Of a DNA stretch of 49,490 bases, positions 37,732 through 45,716 are shown piece after piece (the stretch's first letter is position 1; each line of letters opens with the position of its first letter). Position numbers and translations under genes: made by a program. The stretch is from Syntrophales bacterium (GTDB lineage: Bacteria > Desulfobacterota > Syntrophia > Syntrophales > UBA2192). Under the pieces are notes generated by a model, which saw only the letters and a list, made by a program, of their open reading frames with translations, did no database searches and had not been told where the DNA came from. The stretch is from NCBI GenBank assembly GCA_035685905.1, contig DASRZY010000228.1, positions 1 through 49,490 of the forward strand, written 5' to 3'.

Positions 37732-38076
37732 GTGAGCGACTGCATCTTCTGTAAAATCGTTCAGGGAGAGATCCCCTGCAGCAAAGTTCTGGAAACAGAC
37801 AAGATACTCGCCTTTAACGACATTCACCCCGTGGCGCCCGTCCATGTGCTCATTGTCCCGAAAGAGCATATCGCGACGTTCAACGACGTGAAGGCGGGCC
37901 AGGAAGACATCTTGGCGGAAATGTACCGGGCGGCACGGACGATTGCCCGGGAGAAGGGGATCGCCGAGAAGGGCTACCGGGTCGCCGTCAACGTCAACCC
38001 CGACGGGGGCCAGATCATTTTTCATCTGCACATGCACGTGTTCGGGGGGCGGAAACTCACGGACGCCATGGGGTGA
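37732..38076 (+). CDS. histidine triad (HIT) nucleotide-binding protein
   Basis: CIFCKI.. and the HLHMHV histidine triad. GTG start after ggagg. Confidence 0.9.
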   Translation: MSDCIFCKIVQGEIPCSKVLETDKILAFNDIHPVAPVHVLIVPKEHIATFNDVKAGQEDILAEMYRAARTIAREKGIAEKGYRVAVNVNPDGGQIIFHLHMHVFGGRKLTDAMG

Positions 38077-38179
38077 TCGCGGGACGTTTCCCGTTGACTT
38101 GCAGTATCAAAGCTGATAGGAATTTGCCGCCGTAAAGCGGTCGGCTACAAGGATAGAAACGTCTTCGGGGAGGAATGAC

Positions 38180-40588
38180 ATGATGAATGAAAAAATGGTT
38201 ATGTGGTTTGATGAACTTCAACTCAAGGACATACCCGAGGTCGGGGGAAAGAATGCCTCACTGGGAGAGATGAGGCAGAACCTGCAAAAGAAAGGGGTCA
38301 ACATCCCCGACGGGTATGCCATCACGGCAGCGGCCTACCGCCACCTCATCGAATCAGCAGGGATCTGGGGCAAGATCAAGGAGGTTCTCCAGGACCTCGA
38401 CACGCACGATATGCACAACCTCAGTACGCGGGGGAAGAAGGTCCGCGACCTGATCTACAACGCCCCTGTCCCCAAGGACCTGAGGGACGAAATCGTAAAG
38501 GCTTACAGGAAGCTCTGTGACGAGTACGGACCGAACACGGACGTCGCCGTTCGCAGCTCCGCCACCGCCGAGGACCTGCCCGATGCAAGTTTTGCGGGCC
38601 AGCAGGAGACGTTCCTGAACATCCGGGGCGAGGAAGCTCTCATCGATGCCTGCAAGCGCTGCTTTGCCTCTCTCTTTACGGACCGGGCCATCTCCTACCG
38701 CTTTGACAAGGGGTTCAACTATGAAACGGTCTTCCTGTCCATCGGCGTCCAGAAAATGGTCCGCTCCGACATCGGCGCTTCCGGTGTCATTTTCTCCATC
38801 GACACGGAATCGGGCTTCAAGGACGCCGTTTTGATCACGGCCTCCTACGGCCTCGGCGAGACGGTCGTCCAGGGTACCGTGAACCCCGACGAGTTCTATG
38901 TCTTCAAGCCCACCCTGAAGACGGGGTTCAGGCCCATCGTCCAGAAGAAGCTGGGGACCAAAGAGATCAAGATGATCTACTCCAAGAAGAAGGGGCTCGA
39001 GTCGACGGAGACCAAACCCGTTCCCAAGGCGCAACGGAGCGTCTTCTGCATCAGCGAAGACGAGATCATTACCCTGGCCAAGTGGGCCTGTATCATCGAG
39101 GACCACTATTCCGCCGAAGCGGGCTATTTCAAGCCCATGGACATCGAGTGGGGCAGGGACGGCAAAACGGGGGAGCTCTTCATCCTCCAGGCCCGTCCCG
39201 AGACGGTCATGTCACAGAGGGACGCGAACGTTCTCGAAAACTACGTTCTTCTCGAGAAGAAGACGCCCCTTGTCACGGGCACCGCGGTGGGTTCCAAGAT
39301 CGGCGCCGGCCCCGTGCATGTTATCGCGAGCGTCAGCGACATCAAAAACTTCAAGAAGGGCGAGGTCCTGGTCACGGACATGACGGACCCCGACTGGGAG
39401 CCCATCATGAAGATCGCCGCGGCCATTGTCACCAACAAGGGCGGGAGGACCTGCCATGCCGCCATCGTGAGCCGCGAGCTCGGCGTGCCCTGTATCGTGG
39501 GGACGGGCAAGGGAACGGAAGCGCTGAAAAAGGCAAAGGAGGCCACCGTATCCTGCGCCGAGGGCGAAGTCGGGAATGTCTACGAGGGCATCCTCAAGTA
39601 TGACGTCAAGAGGGTCAACCTGCAGAACCTGAAGCGGCCCAAAACGTGGATGCAGATGAACGTGGCCACTCCGGAAACAGCCTTCGATCTGTCCTTCATC
39701 CCCAACGACGGCGTCGGGCTTGCGCGCCTCGAGTTCATCATCGCCCAGCACGTCCGGGTCCACCCGATGGCGCTGCTGCAGTTCGAGAAGGTCAAGGACA
39801 AGAAGACCCGCAAGGAGATCGAGGAATTGACCCGGAACTACGAGGTTCGATCGGACTTCTTCGTCGACATGCTCGCCCAGGGCATCGCGAAGATCGCCGC
39901 TGCGTTCTACCCGAACCAGTCTGTCACGCGCATGAGCGATTTCAAGAGCAACGAGTATGCGAACCTGATCGGCGGGAAGTACTTCGAGCCCCATGAGGAA
40001 AATCCCATGATCGGCTGGCGAGGGGCTTCGCGGTACTATGACGACAAGTACCGCGACGGCTTTGCCCTGGAGTGCAAGGCCATCAAGAAGGTCCGAAACG
40101 AGATGGGGCTCACGAATGTCGTTCCCATGATCCCCTTCTGCCGGACCGTAGAGGAGGGCAAGCGGGTGCTCGAGGTCATGCGCGCCAACGGTCTTGTCCA
40201 GGGTGAAAACGGCCTCGAGATCTACATGATGGTCGAGATCCCGAGCAACGTGATCCTGATCGAGGAGTACGGGAAGATCTTCGACGGCTTCTCCATCGGG
40301 TCCAACGACCTCTGCCAGCTCACGCTGGGCCTCGACCGCGATTCGGCCCAGGTGGCCCACATCTTCGACGAGCGCAACCAGGCCGTGCAGGACCTGATCC
40401 GGGATGCGATCACGAAGGCGAGGAAGATGAAGAAGAAGATCGGTATCTGCGGGCAGGCGCCCAGCGACTACCCCGAGTTCGCCCGATTCCTCGTTGAGTG
40501 CGGCATCGACGCCATTTCGCTGATATCGGACACCGTCATCAAGACCACGCTCGACATCATCGAGTATGAGAAGATCATGGGGAAGTGA
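38180..40588 (+). CDS. ppsA: phosphoenolpyruvate synthase
   Basis: 802 aa with VGGKNASLGEM, the phosphohistidine region GGRTCHAAIVSRELG and a PEP-utilising C-terminal domain. Confidence 0.95.
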   Translation: MMNEKMVMWFDELQLKDIPEVGGKNASLGEMRQNLQKKGVNIPDGYAITAAAYRHLIESAGIWGKIKEVLQDLDTHDMHNLSTRGKKVRDLIYNAPVPKDLRDEIVKAYRKLCDEYGPNTDVAVRSSATAEDLPDASFAGQQETFLNIRGEEALIDACKRCFASLFTDRAISYRFDKGFNYETVFLSIGVQKMVRSDIGASGVIFSIDTESGFKDAVLITASYGLGETVVQGTVNPDEFYVFKPTLKTGFRPIVQKKLGTKEIKMIYSKKKGLESTETKPVPKAQRSVFCISEDEIITLAKWACIIEDHYSAEAGYFKPMDIEWGRDGKTGELFILQARPETVMSQRDANVLENYVLLEKKTPLVTGTAVGSKIGAGPVHVIASVSDIKNFKKGEVLVTDMTDPDWEPIMKIAAAIVTNKGGRTCHAAIVSRELGVPCIVGTGKGTEALKKAKEATVSCAEGEVGNVYEGILKYDVKRVNLQNLKRPKTWMQMNVATPETAFDLSFIPNDGVGLARLEFIIAQHVRVHPMALLQFEKVKDKKTRKEIEELTRNYEVRSDFFVDMLAQGIAKIAAAFYPNQSVTRMSDFKSNEYANLIGGKYFEPHEENPMIGWRGASRYYDDKYRDGFALECKAIKKVRNEMGLTNVVPMIPFCRTVEEGKRVLEVMRANGLVQGENGLEIYMMVEIPSNVILIEEYGKIFDGFSIGSNDLCQLTLGLDRDSAQVAHIFDERNQAVQDLIRDAITKARKMKKKIGICGQAPSDYPEFARFLVECGIDAISLISDTVIKTTLDIIEYEKIMGK

Positions 40589-40593
40589 GGAAA

Positions 40594-40617
40594 GGGTCAA
40601 GGGTAAAGGGTTAAGGG
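40594..40617 (+). repeat. GGG heptamer array (canonical G4 motif) right after the ppsA stop codon
   Basis: GGG at 40594, 40601, 40608 and 40615 (exact 7-nt period): gggtcaagggtaaagggttaaggg. Confidence 0.8.
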
Positions 40618-40636
40618 TAAACGAAGCACGACAACC

Positions 40637-42238
40637 CTATTTCAATTCAAGCCCGCGGTAGTAATGAAGGAGGATTTCCCGGAAGGGGGATCCTCCTTCT
40701 GCCATCATACGGGCCCCCCACTGGCTCAACCCCACCCCGTGGCCGGATCCCCGGCCTTCAAAGCGGATTCCCTGACTGCTCCGCTCAGCCTTGAAGAGAG
40801 TGCTCTTGATCAGTGCGGGGTCGGTCATCGAGCGGAACTCGTTTCCGCCGACGATTGTCGTCCCTGCGCTGTGGGTGATCTTCATCCTGACAGCGCGCCC
40901 CGACGGGCTTTGGGCAGCGGTCTCGATATCGCTGATCCGACCTACCGCGAGCCCGTTTCGGCTCATCGCATCCCGGATCTGATCGAAGCTCAAATAGGTT
41001 GTCCATCCAGCGCCGGGTGCCCGTGCGCTGTAGTCATCGGAGATGGACTGCAGGTAGGGGATGGCGACACGCCAGACATGGCGGGCATCCTCCGTCACCC
41101 CGCCGCTGTTGGCGTGGAAGTAGGTCAGGGCGGGCCTTCCGTTGAACGTGAGGATCAGGCCCCGCGTGGCGTCGACGGCCCGTCGGGTCCTTTCCGTCTC
41201 GGCAGCGACACCCCCGTAGACCTGGGAGGCGGTCGAGGCGCCGATGTCGTATTCGCGCGCAGCGTTGGCATCCATTTGATAACGGGCAAACGTCCGCGAA
41301 ACGACGGCCTGGGCTTTAAGGGCCTCTTCGGGCCAGTTCGGGGGCATTTCCCGCGGAACCACACCGTAGAGGTACTCCTCGATATCGACAAGGTTGACGG
41401 CGTTGAGCCGACCCTGATCCGTCACGACCAGCTTCAGATTGCCGCGGTACACAGCGCCGTTGACCCGGACCGTGCCTCCCTTTGCCGGGGTCATCATCAG
41501 TTCAGTAACGGGCCACGTTTTCCCGTTCACGGACAGGACGCCGCCCTCGAAGCGAACCCGGGCCTCCTGCGGGACGCTGATCGTCTGGAGGACGGGGCCC
41601 CCGCTCGGGTTCCTGATCTCCAGGAATGAAGAGGCCGACACGCGGGTCTCCGCCGCGCGTTCCAGGACAAGGACCCGGATGGAGGCGCCCCTCACCTGAC
41701 GGGCAGCAAGCTCACGCGTCTTGCGCTCCCGCTCAGCGGGAGGGTTGTCGCTTGCATCGCGCATGAAGGACGCCACATCCCTGCTGCTGCCGGAGGGGAA
41801 TTTTTCAAGGTACAGACCGAACAGGCGTGAAGACTCTTTGTATCGGGCCCTCTCGTACTGAATCATGGCTGTCTGGAAGATGGCATCGGCCTCGTAGACG
41901 GAGCCGGGGTATTTTTCCCGCGCCCTGCTGTAGAGTTTGAGCGCCGCCTCATGATCCTTGAGGAATGTGCCGTAGATCGTCGCCGACATCAGGAGAGCCC
42001 TGGGCTGATACTCGCCGGCTTTGGCCTGCTCGATGACACTCCGGTAGTCATCCAACGCCTCCAGGTATTGTCCCCGGGCGAAGTGATTATCGGCTTCACG
42101 CATCCGCCACGCTGTGTCATCGGCCAGGGCATGAAAGGGGAGGGGAAGGGAAAAAAGGGCAAGAAGAATTAAAGCGACGAAGAGATGAAAAGAAAAAAGT
42201 AGAGGACGATGAGTCAACGTCATTGATTTAGCCGTCAA
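40637..42238 (-). CDS. SpoIID/LytB-domain protein with N-terminal TPR-like region
   Basis: C-terminal GHGVGLSQWGA motif, N-terminal signal anchor, TTG start. Confidence 0.85.
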   Translation of the reverse strand: MTAKSMTLTHRPLLFSFHLFVALILLALFSLPLPFHALADDTAWRMREADNHFARGQYLEALDDYRSVIEQAKAGEYQPRALLMSATIYGTFLKDHEAALKLYSRAREKYPGSVYEADAIFQTAMIQYERARYKESSRLFGLYLEKFPSGSSRDVASFMRDASDNPPAERERKTRELAARQVRGASIRVLVLERAAETRVSASSFLEIRNPSGGPVLQTISVPQEARVRFEGGVLSVNGKTWPVTELMMTPAKGGTVRVNGAVYRGNLKLVVTDQGRLNAVNLVDIEEYLYGVVPREMPPNWPEEALKAQAVVSRTFARYQMDANAAREYDIGASTASQVYGGVAAETERTRRAVDATRGLILTFNGRPALTYFHANSGGVTEDARHVWRVAIPYLQSISDDYSARAPGAGWTTYLSFDQIRDAMSRNGLAVGRISDIETAAQSPSGRAVRMKITHSAGTTIVGGNEFRSMTDPALIKSTLFKAERSSQGIRFEGRGSGHGVGLSQWGARMMAEGGSPFREILLHYYRGLELK

Positions 42239-42291
42239 GATTACTGGGTAGAATAATCAACCGTACCCCAACACGTTCCGCCTGAGGAAGC

Positions 42292-42338
42292 GGATTATTC
42301 ACTCTCACCCCGTCCCTCTCCCGTAAGAGGAAGGGATC
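42292..42338 (+). repeat. REP-like element, copy 2 (abuts the IS left end)
   Basis: ggattattcactctcaccccgtccctctcccgtaagaggaagggatc aligns to the rc of 22422-22483. Confidence 0.65.
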
Positions 42339-42353
42339 TGGTCTTGCCCCATT

Positions 42354-43232
42354 TTAGTGGACAGGGGGAAAAGCTTCTAGCTTCTTTTGTTCGAACTCCA
42401 TCGGGGACAGATCCTCGATGCTGGTATGCATCCGCTGGCGGTTGTAAAACCGCTCAATGTAGTCGAAGATGCTCTGCCGTGCCTCGACACGGGTACGATA
42501 TCTGTGGTGGAAGACCCACTCGCGCTTCAGGGTACTGAAGAAGCTCTCCACCGGGGCGTTGTCCCAGCAGTTGCCCCTGCGGCTCATGCTGCAGAGGATC
42601 CCGTTCTTTGTCAGAAGCTCCTGGTAGTTGCCTGCGGCATACTGGGCGCCGCGATCCGAGTGATGAAGCAATCCCGAAGGCGGCCTTCGTTGCTGCAGGG
42701 CCATCTGCAACGCATCCCGGACCAAGGGGCTCGTGAGCCTCTCGGCCATGGACCACCCCACGATGCCGCGCGAGTATAGGTCCATGGTCACGGCCAGGTA
42801 CAACCACCCCTCCAGGGTCCAGATATACGTGATATCCGAGGCCCAGACCCGGTTGGGAGCCTCGGGATTAAACTCCCGATGCAGTAAATCCGGTGCCACG
42901 GGATGGTGATGTCGGCTATCCGTGGTCGCCTTGAACCGTCGCCTGCTCTTGGCCTGCAGGCCATCTCTTCGCATCAGGCGGGCTACCCGGTGCCGCCCGA
43001 CGGCCTTTCCGCGGCGCTTGAGCGCTCGATAAATGCGGGGGCTGCCATAGCTGCCCCGGCTGTCCCGATGGATCTCGGCAATCTCCCGGGACAGCACCCG
43101 GTTGGCCTGGCATGTTGGGCTCTCGGGGCGACTCAGCCAGCTATAATAGCCGCTGCGGGAAACCTCGAGCACGCTGCACTGAACCGCCACCGGCCAGTGG
43201 CCCTGATGATCCCGAATGAAGCGATACCTCAC
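42354..43232 (-). CDS. IS3 transposase OrfB (DDE integrase core), expressed as an OrfAB fusion by -1 frameshift
   Basis: DITYI.., HSDRGAQY.., NAPVESFF (D,D,E). The orfB frame is open back to the slippery site. Confidence 0.9.
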   Translation of the reverse strand: MRYRFIRDHQGHWPVAVQCSVLEVSRSGYYSWLSRPESPTCQANRVLSREIAEIHRDSRGSYGSPRIYRALKRRGKAVGRHRVARLMRRDGLQAKSRRRFKATTDSRHHHPVAPDLLHREFNPEAPNRVWASDITYIWTLEGWLYLAVTMDLYSRGIVGWSMAERLTSPLVRDALQMALQQRRPPSGLLHHSDRGAQYAAGNYQELLTKNGILCSMSRRGNCWDNAPVESFFSTLKREWVFHHRYRTRVEARQSIFDYIERFYNRQRMHTSIEDLSPMEFEQKKLEAFPPVH

Positions 43233-43525
43233 TTCGGGTCTTTGGAAAAGATGGCCACTGCTTTTTTTAAAATATCACGCTCCATCCGCAGCCGCTCGTT
43301 CTCACGCTGCAGCTGCCGGAGCGCCTCGGCCTCGGTCAGTTGATGCCCTTTGCCGGGAAAGGCATCCTGGGGCCTCTCCTCATACTGCCGAACCCACTTG
43401 CATATGGTGTTCGGATGAATCCCCAGATCGGAGGCAACCTGGGCCTGGCTGTTGCCGGCCTCGGTGACCAGCTTTACGGCTTCGATCTTGTACTCGCGTG
43501 TAAAGTTTCGTTTCCTGGATCCCAT
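43229..43525 (-). CDS. IS3 transposase OrfA (HTH)
   Basis: 98 aa. The slippery sequence TTAAAAAAAG (plus-strand T7 at 43262-43268) lies near its 3' end. Confidence 0.9.
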   Translation of the reverse strand: MGSRKRNFTREYKIEAVKLVTEAGNSQAQVASDLGIHPNTICKWVRQYEERPQDAFPGKGHQLTEAEALRQLQRENERLRMERDILKKAVAIFSKDPK

Positions 43526-43591
43526 GACAGTCCTCCTTGTGCTTATTTAGCAGCTTTTCGGACTGTCCACAATTATGGGGGAACCCCAATC

Positions 43592-43655
43592 TGTCACCCT
43601 CACCCTGACCCTCTCCCCTCAAGGGAGAGGGAACCTGAGAGGAAGGGTTCCTGTA
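43592..43655 (+). repeat. REP-like element, copy 3 (abuts the IS right end)
   Basis: tcaccctcaccctgaccctctcccctcaagggagagggaacc. C-runs at 43597, 43603, 43609 and 43615. Confidence 0.65.
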
Positions 43656-43672
43656 GAACCCAGTGTTAGTAT

Positions 43673-44066
43673 GTGTCGGAGCAGGCTGTAAGCCGAGTTT
43701 TGTTCCCCCCCTCGGTCACCCTCCGGGGGGCGATGATCATTAATCTGGGACAGCAGTTGCCTGCTGCCTCAAGCGACCTACCCGGGAGCTCGGGCGGGCT
43801 ACCCTCAAGCGCTCCCCTACATGGTCTTGCTCCGGATGGGGTTTACCTTGCTTCCCCGGTCACCCGGGGAACGGTGAGCTCTTACCTCGCCTTTTCACCC
43901 TTACCCTTCAACTCGGCCTGACGGCCTCGCTCAAGGGCGGTATGTTTTCTGTGGCACTTTCCCTGGGGTCGCCCCCGGTCGCCGTTAGCGACCATCCTGC
44001 CCTGTGGAGCTCGGACTTTCCTCCAGCCTCGTGTTGGGCCAGCGATCATCCTGCCTGCTCCGGCAC
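43673..44066 (-). ncRNA. rnpB: RNase P RNA, bacterial type A
   Basis: The minus strand reads ..CGGAGCAGGC..GAGGAAAGTCCGAGCTCCACAGGGCAGG..GGGAAAGTGCCACAGAAAACATACCGCC..AGGTAAGAGCTCACCG..GGTAAACCCCATCCGGAGCAAGACC..ACAAAACTCGGCTTACAGCCTGCTCCG. The P1 halves are at 44053-44062 and 43677-43686. The ends are approximate, within a few nt. Confidence 0.92.
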
Positions 44067-44118
44067 GGCTCATTCTCCAATGACGGCGCTATCTTTGCAA
44101 CAGGTATTTCTTAAACTA

Positions 44119-44263
44119 GGGACGAGGGACAAGGGGGTAGGGACGAGTAAGAAGTGCGTAAGTGCCTAAGTGTTTGAGTGAAGATTGGAAAAGAGGATTG
44201 TTCTTCTGTAGCCTGCGCGAAGCGCTCACTCATGCACTTCCGCACTCAGACACTCATGCACTG
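44119..44263. repeat. composite element: GGG heptamer array, then inverted GTG/CAC octamer arrays around a purine-rich core
   Basis: GGG at 44119, 44126, 44133 and 44140. GTG at 44154, 44162, 44170 and 44178. CAC at 44227, 44235, 44243, 44251 and 44259. The right arm overlaps the rnhA stop codon. Confidence 0.85.
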
Positions 44264-44688
44264 TTTTTGAGGGTTTCGTCGATAGCCTCGTTGGCGAGTC
44301 GGTCGGCAAGGGCATTATCGCTGCGCGGCACATGTTCGATCTTCCAGGAGTTGAAACGGTCCAGGAGGTCCCGGATTTCGGACATGAGAGGCTTCAGGTC
44401 CGGATTCTTTACGCGATAAATTCCCTGGATTTGGCGGACAAGAAGTTCCGAGTCCAGATAGATGGAGATCTCCGGGGTGCCGCGCTCGAGGGCCGTTTCG
44501 AGTCCCAGGATGAGAGCGCGATACTCGGCAATGTTATTGGTGCAATGGCCGAGGAATTTCTTTGCCGTCCCGATCACTTCGCCGTTCCGGCCCACCAGGA
44601 CGGCGCCCGCGCCTCCTCGGCCCGGATTTCCCCGGCAGGCCCCGTCGGTGAAAAGGGATAGGGGCTTATCCACCATTGACGGTTTCAT
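44254..44688 (-). CDS. rnhA: ribonuclease HI family protein
   Basis: LFTDGACRGNPG..NNIAEYRAL..DSELLVRQ..RSDNALADRLAN. Start is the ATG at 44688 (alternative 44676), which overlaps the upstream gene end. Confidence 0.85.
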   Translation of the reverse strand: MKPSMVDKPLSLFTDGACRGNPGRGGAGAVLVGRNGEVIGTAKKFLGHCTNNIAEYRALILGLETALERGTPEISIYLDSELLVRQIQGIYRVKNPDLKPLMSEIRDLLDRFNSWKIEHVPRSDNALADRLANEAIDETLKNSA

Positions 44689-45385
44689 CCCAGTAGAGAA
44701 TCCGGTTGCAGTTGGGGCAGCAGATGAGCTCCTCCGAGCGCTGAAGCTCGTTGTACAACTGGGGCGGCAGGTTGATGTTGCAGCCGCTGCAGACGGCATT
44801 CCGGGCGAAGACGACAGCGAGCCCGTTGCGGCGGCCCTTGATCATTTCGTATCGGCGCAGCAACTCGGGCTTGAGACCCGGAACGAGGGCTTCGAATTTC
44901 TTCTGTTGTATTTCCAGTTCCCCGTCGATGGAGGAGAGCTCCTCGTCGATCTCTTTCCGTTCCGCTTCGTAGCTGCTCTGGTACTGCTTGAGATCCTTTT
45001 CATGGCTCTTGACGAATCCCTTTTTTTCGTCAATCCGGTCGTAGAGGATGAGGATTTCCTCTTCGATCCGGCCGTTGCTCTTTTCGAACGTATCGATCTC
45101 CGTGAGCATGGCCTGGTATTCCTTGTTGGTCTTGACTTCCAGCAGGCGCTCCTTTGCTTTCCGCAGCTTCTCCTGACCCTGCTTGAGCTCCGATTCCTTT
45201 TCCTTGTGGAGCTTGTTCAACCCCTCCAGGCCCTGCCGCTCTTCCTCTGCCTTTGCCGTACGGGCCTGTAGAGCCTGATCAATCTCACTTGCCTTTTCGG
45301 GAAGGGTCTGTTTCTTTGTGTTCAGGGTCCTGATGTCCTGATCGATCTTCTGAAGCTCGATGAGAAGGGCTATCTGTTTTTTCAA
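44666..45385 (-). CDS. COG1579-type coiled-coil protein with C-terminal C4 zinc ribbon
   Basis: Long coiled coil, then CSGCNINLPPQ..CCPNCNRIL. TTG start after gggag. The pairing with RNase H is a known conserved neighbourhood. Confidence 0.85.
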   Translation of the reverse strand: MKKQIALLIELQKIDQDIRTLNTKKQTLPEKASEIDQALQARTAKAEEERQGLEGLNKLHKEKESELKQGQEKLRKAKERLLEVKTNKEYQAMLTEIDTFEKSNGRIEEEILILYDRIDEKKGFVKSHEKDLKQYQSSYEAERKEIDEELSSIDGELEIQQKKFEALVPGLKPELLRRYEMIKGRRNGLAVVFARNAVCSGCNINLPPQLYNELQRSEELICCPNCNRILYWDETVNGG

Positions 45386-45432
45386 TCTCGGTCTCCCGGT
45401 TTTTCGTTTATCCCTGCAGAAGCCTTTGGAAA

Positions 45433-45462
45433 TAAAAAATGCACCGATGTCGGTGCATTTTT
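45433..45462. terminator. bidirectional intrinsic terminator downstream of tRNA(CAU)
   Basis: tgcaccg-atgt-cggtgca stem flanked by an A-run and a T-run. Confidence 0.7.
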
Positions 45463-45577
45463 GCGCTGGTTCCCTGTTCGGGTTTTGATGCCCATCCTGC
45501 GTCTGCTCGATTGTTCATAACGTCCATGTCTGTTTGCCGACATCTTTTGAGGGTGTCGACCCCGGGCCCTGGAGAAA

Positions 45578-45653
45578 TGGTGGGCCCACCTGGGTTCGAA
45601 CCAGGGACCGACCGGTTATGAGCCGGTGGCTCTGCCAATTGAGCTATGGGCCC
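45578..45653 (-). tRNA. tRNA with CAU anticodon (Met or, more likely, lysidine-modified Ile2), CCA encoded
   Basis: The minus strand GGGCCCATAGCTCAATTGGCAGAGCCACCGGCTCATAACCGGTCGGTCCCTGGTTCGAACCCAGGTGGGCCCACCA folds into a perfect cloverleaf by hand. Confidence 0.95.
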
Positions 45654-45716
45654 TATCTGAAGTAAAATCTCATTGAATTCGAATATTTAACTGCAACCGG
45701 CCCGTTTGTCAAGCCT

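Larger units (their letters stand above)
42339..43588 (-). mobile_element. IS3-family insertion sequence, 1250 bp, apparently intact
   Basis: TG..CA ends and 36-bp imperfect terminal IRs (27/36 identical by my count). 3-bp direct repeat ATC at 42336-42338 and 43589-43591. orfA/orfB overlap, with an A7 slippery run. Confidence 0.9.

Noticed and set aside
43673-44169. Short ORFs 43673..43921(+), 43882..44073(-), 43942..44169(+)
   Set aside because: They lie within the RNase P RNA gene, which explains the sequence conservation.
18730-44263. Periodic arrays considered as CRISPR or as coding tandem repeats
   Set aside because: The units are 7-9 nt with no unique spacers, each array is under 45 nt, and the arrays lie outside ORFs apart from overlapping stop codons. 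They are not CRISPR and not protein repeats.
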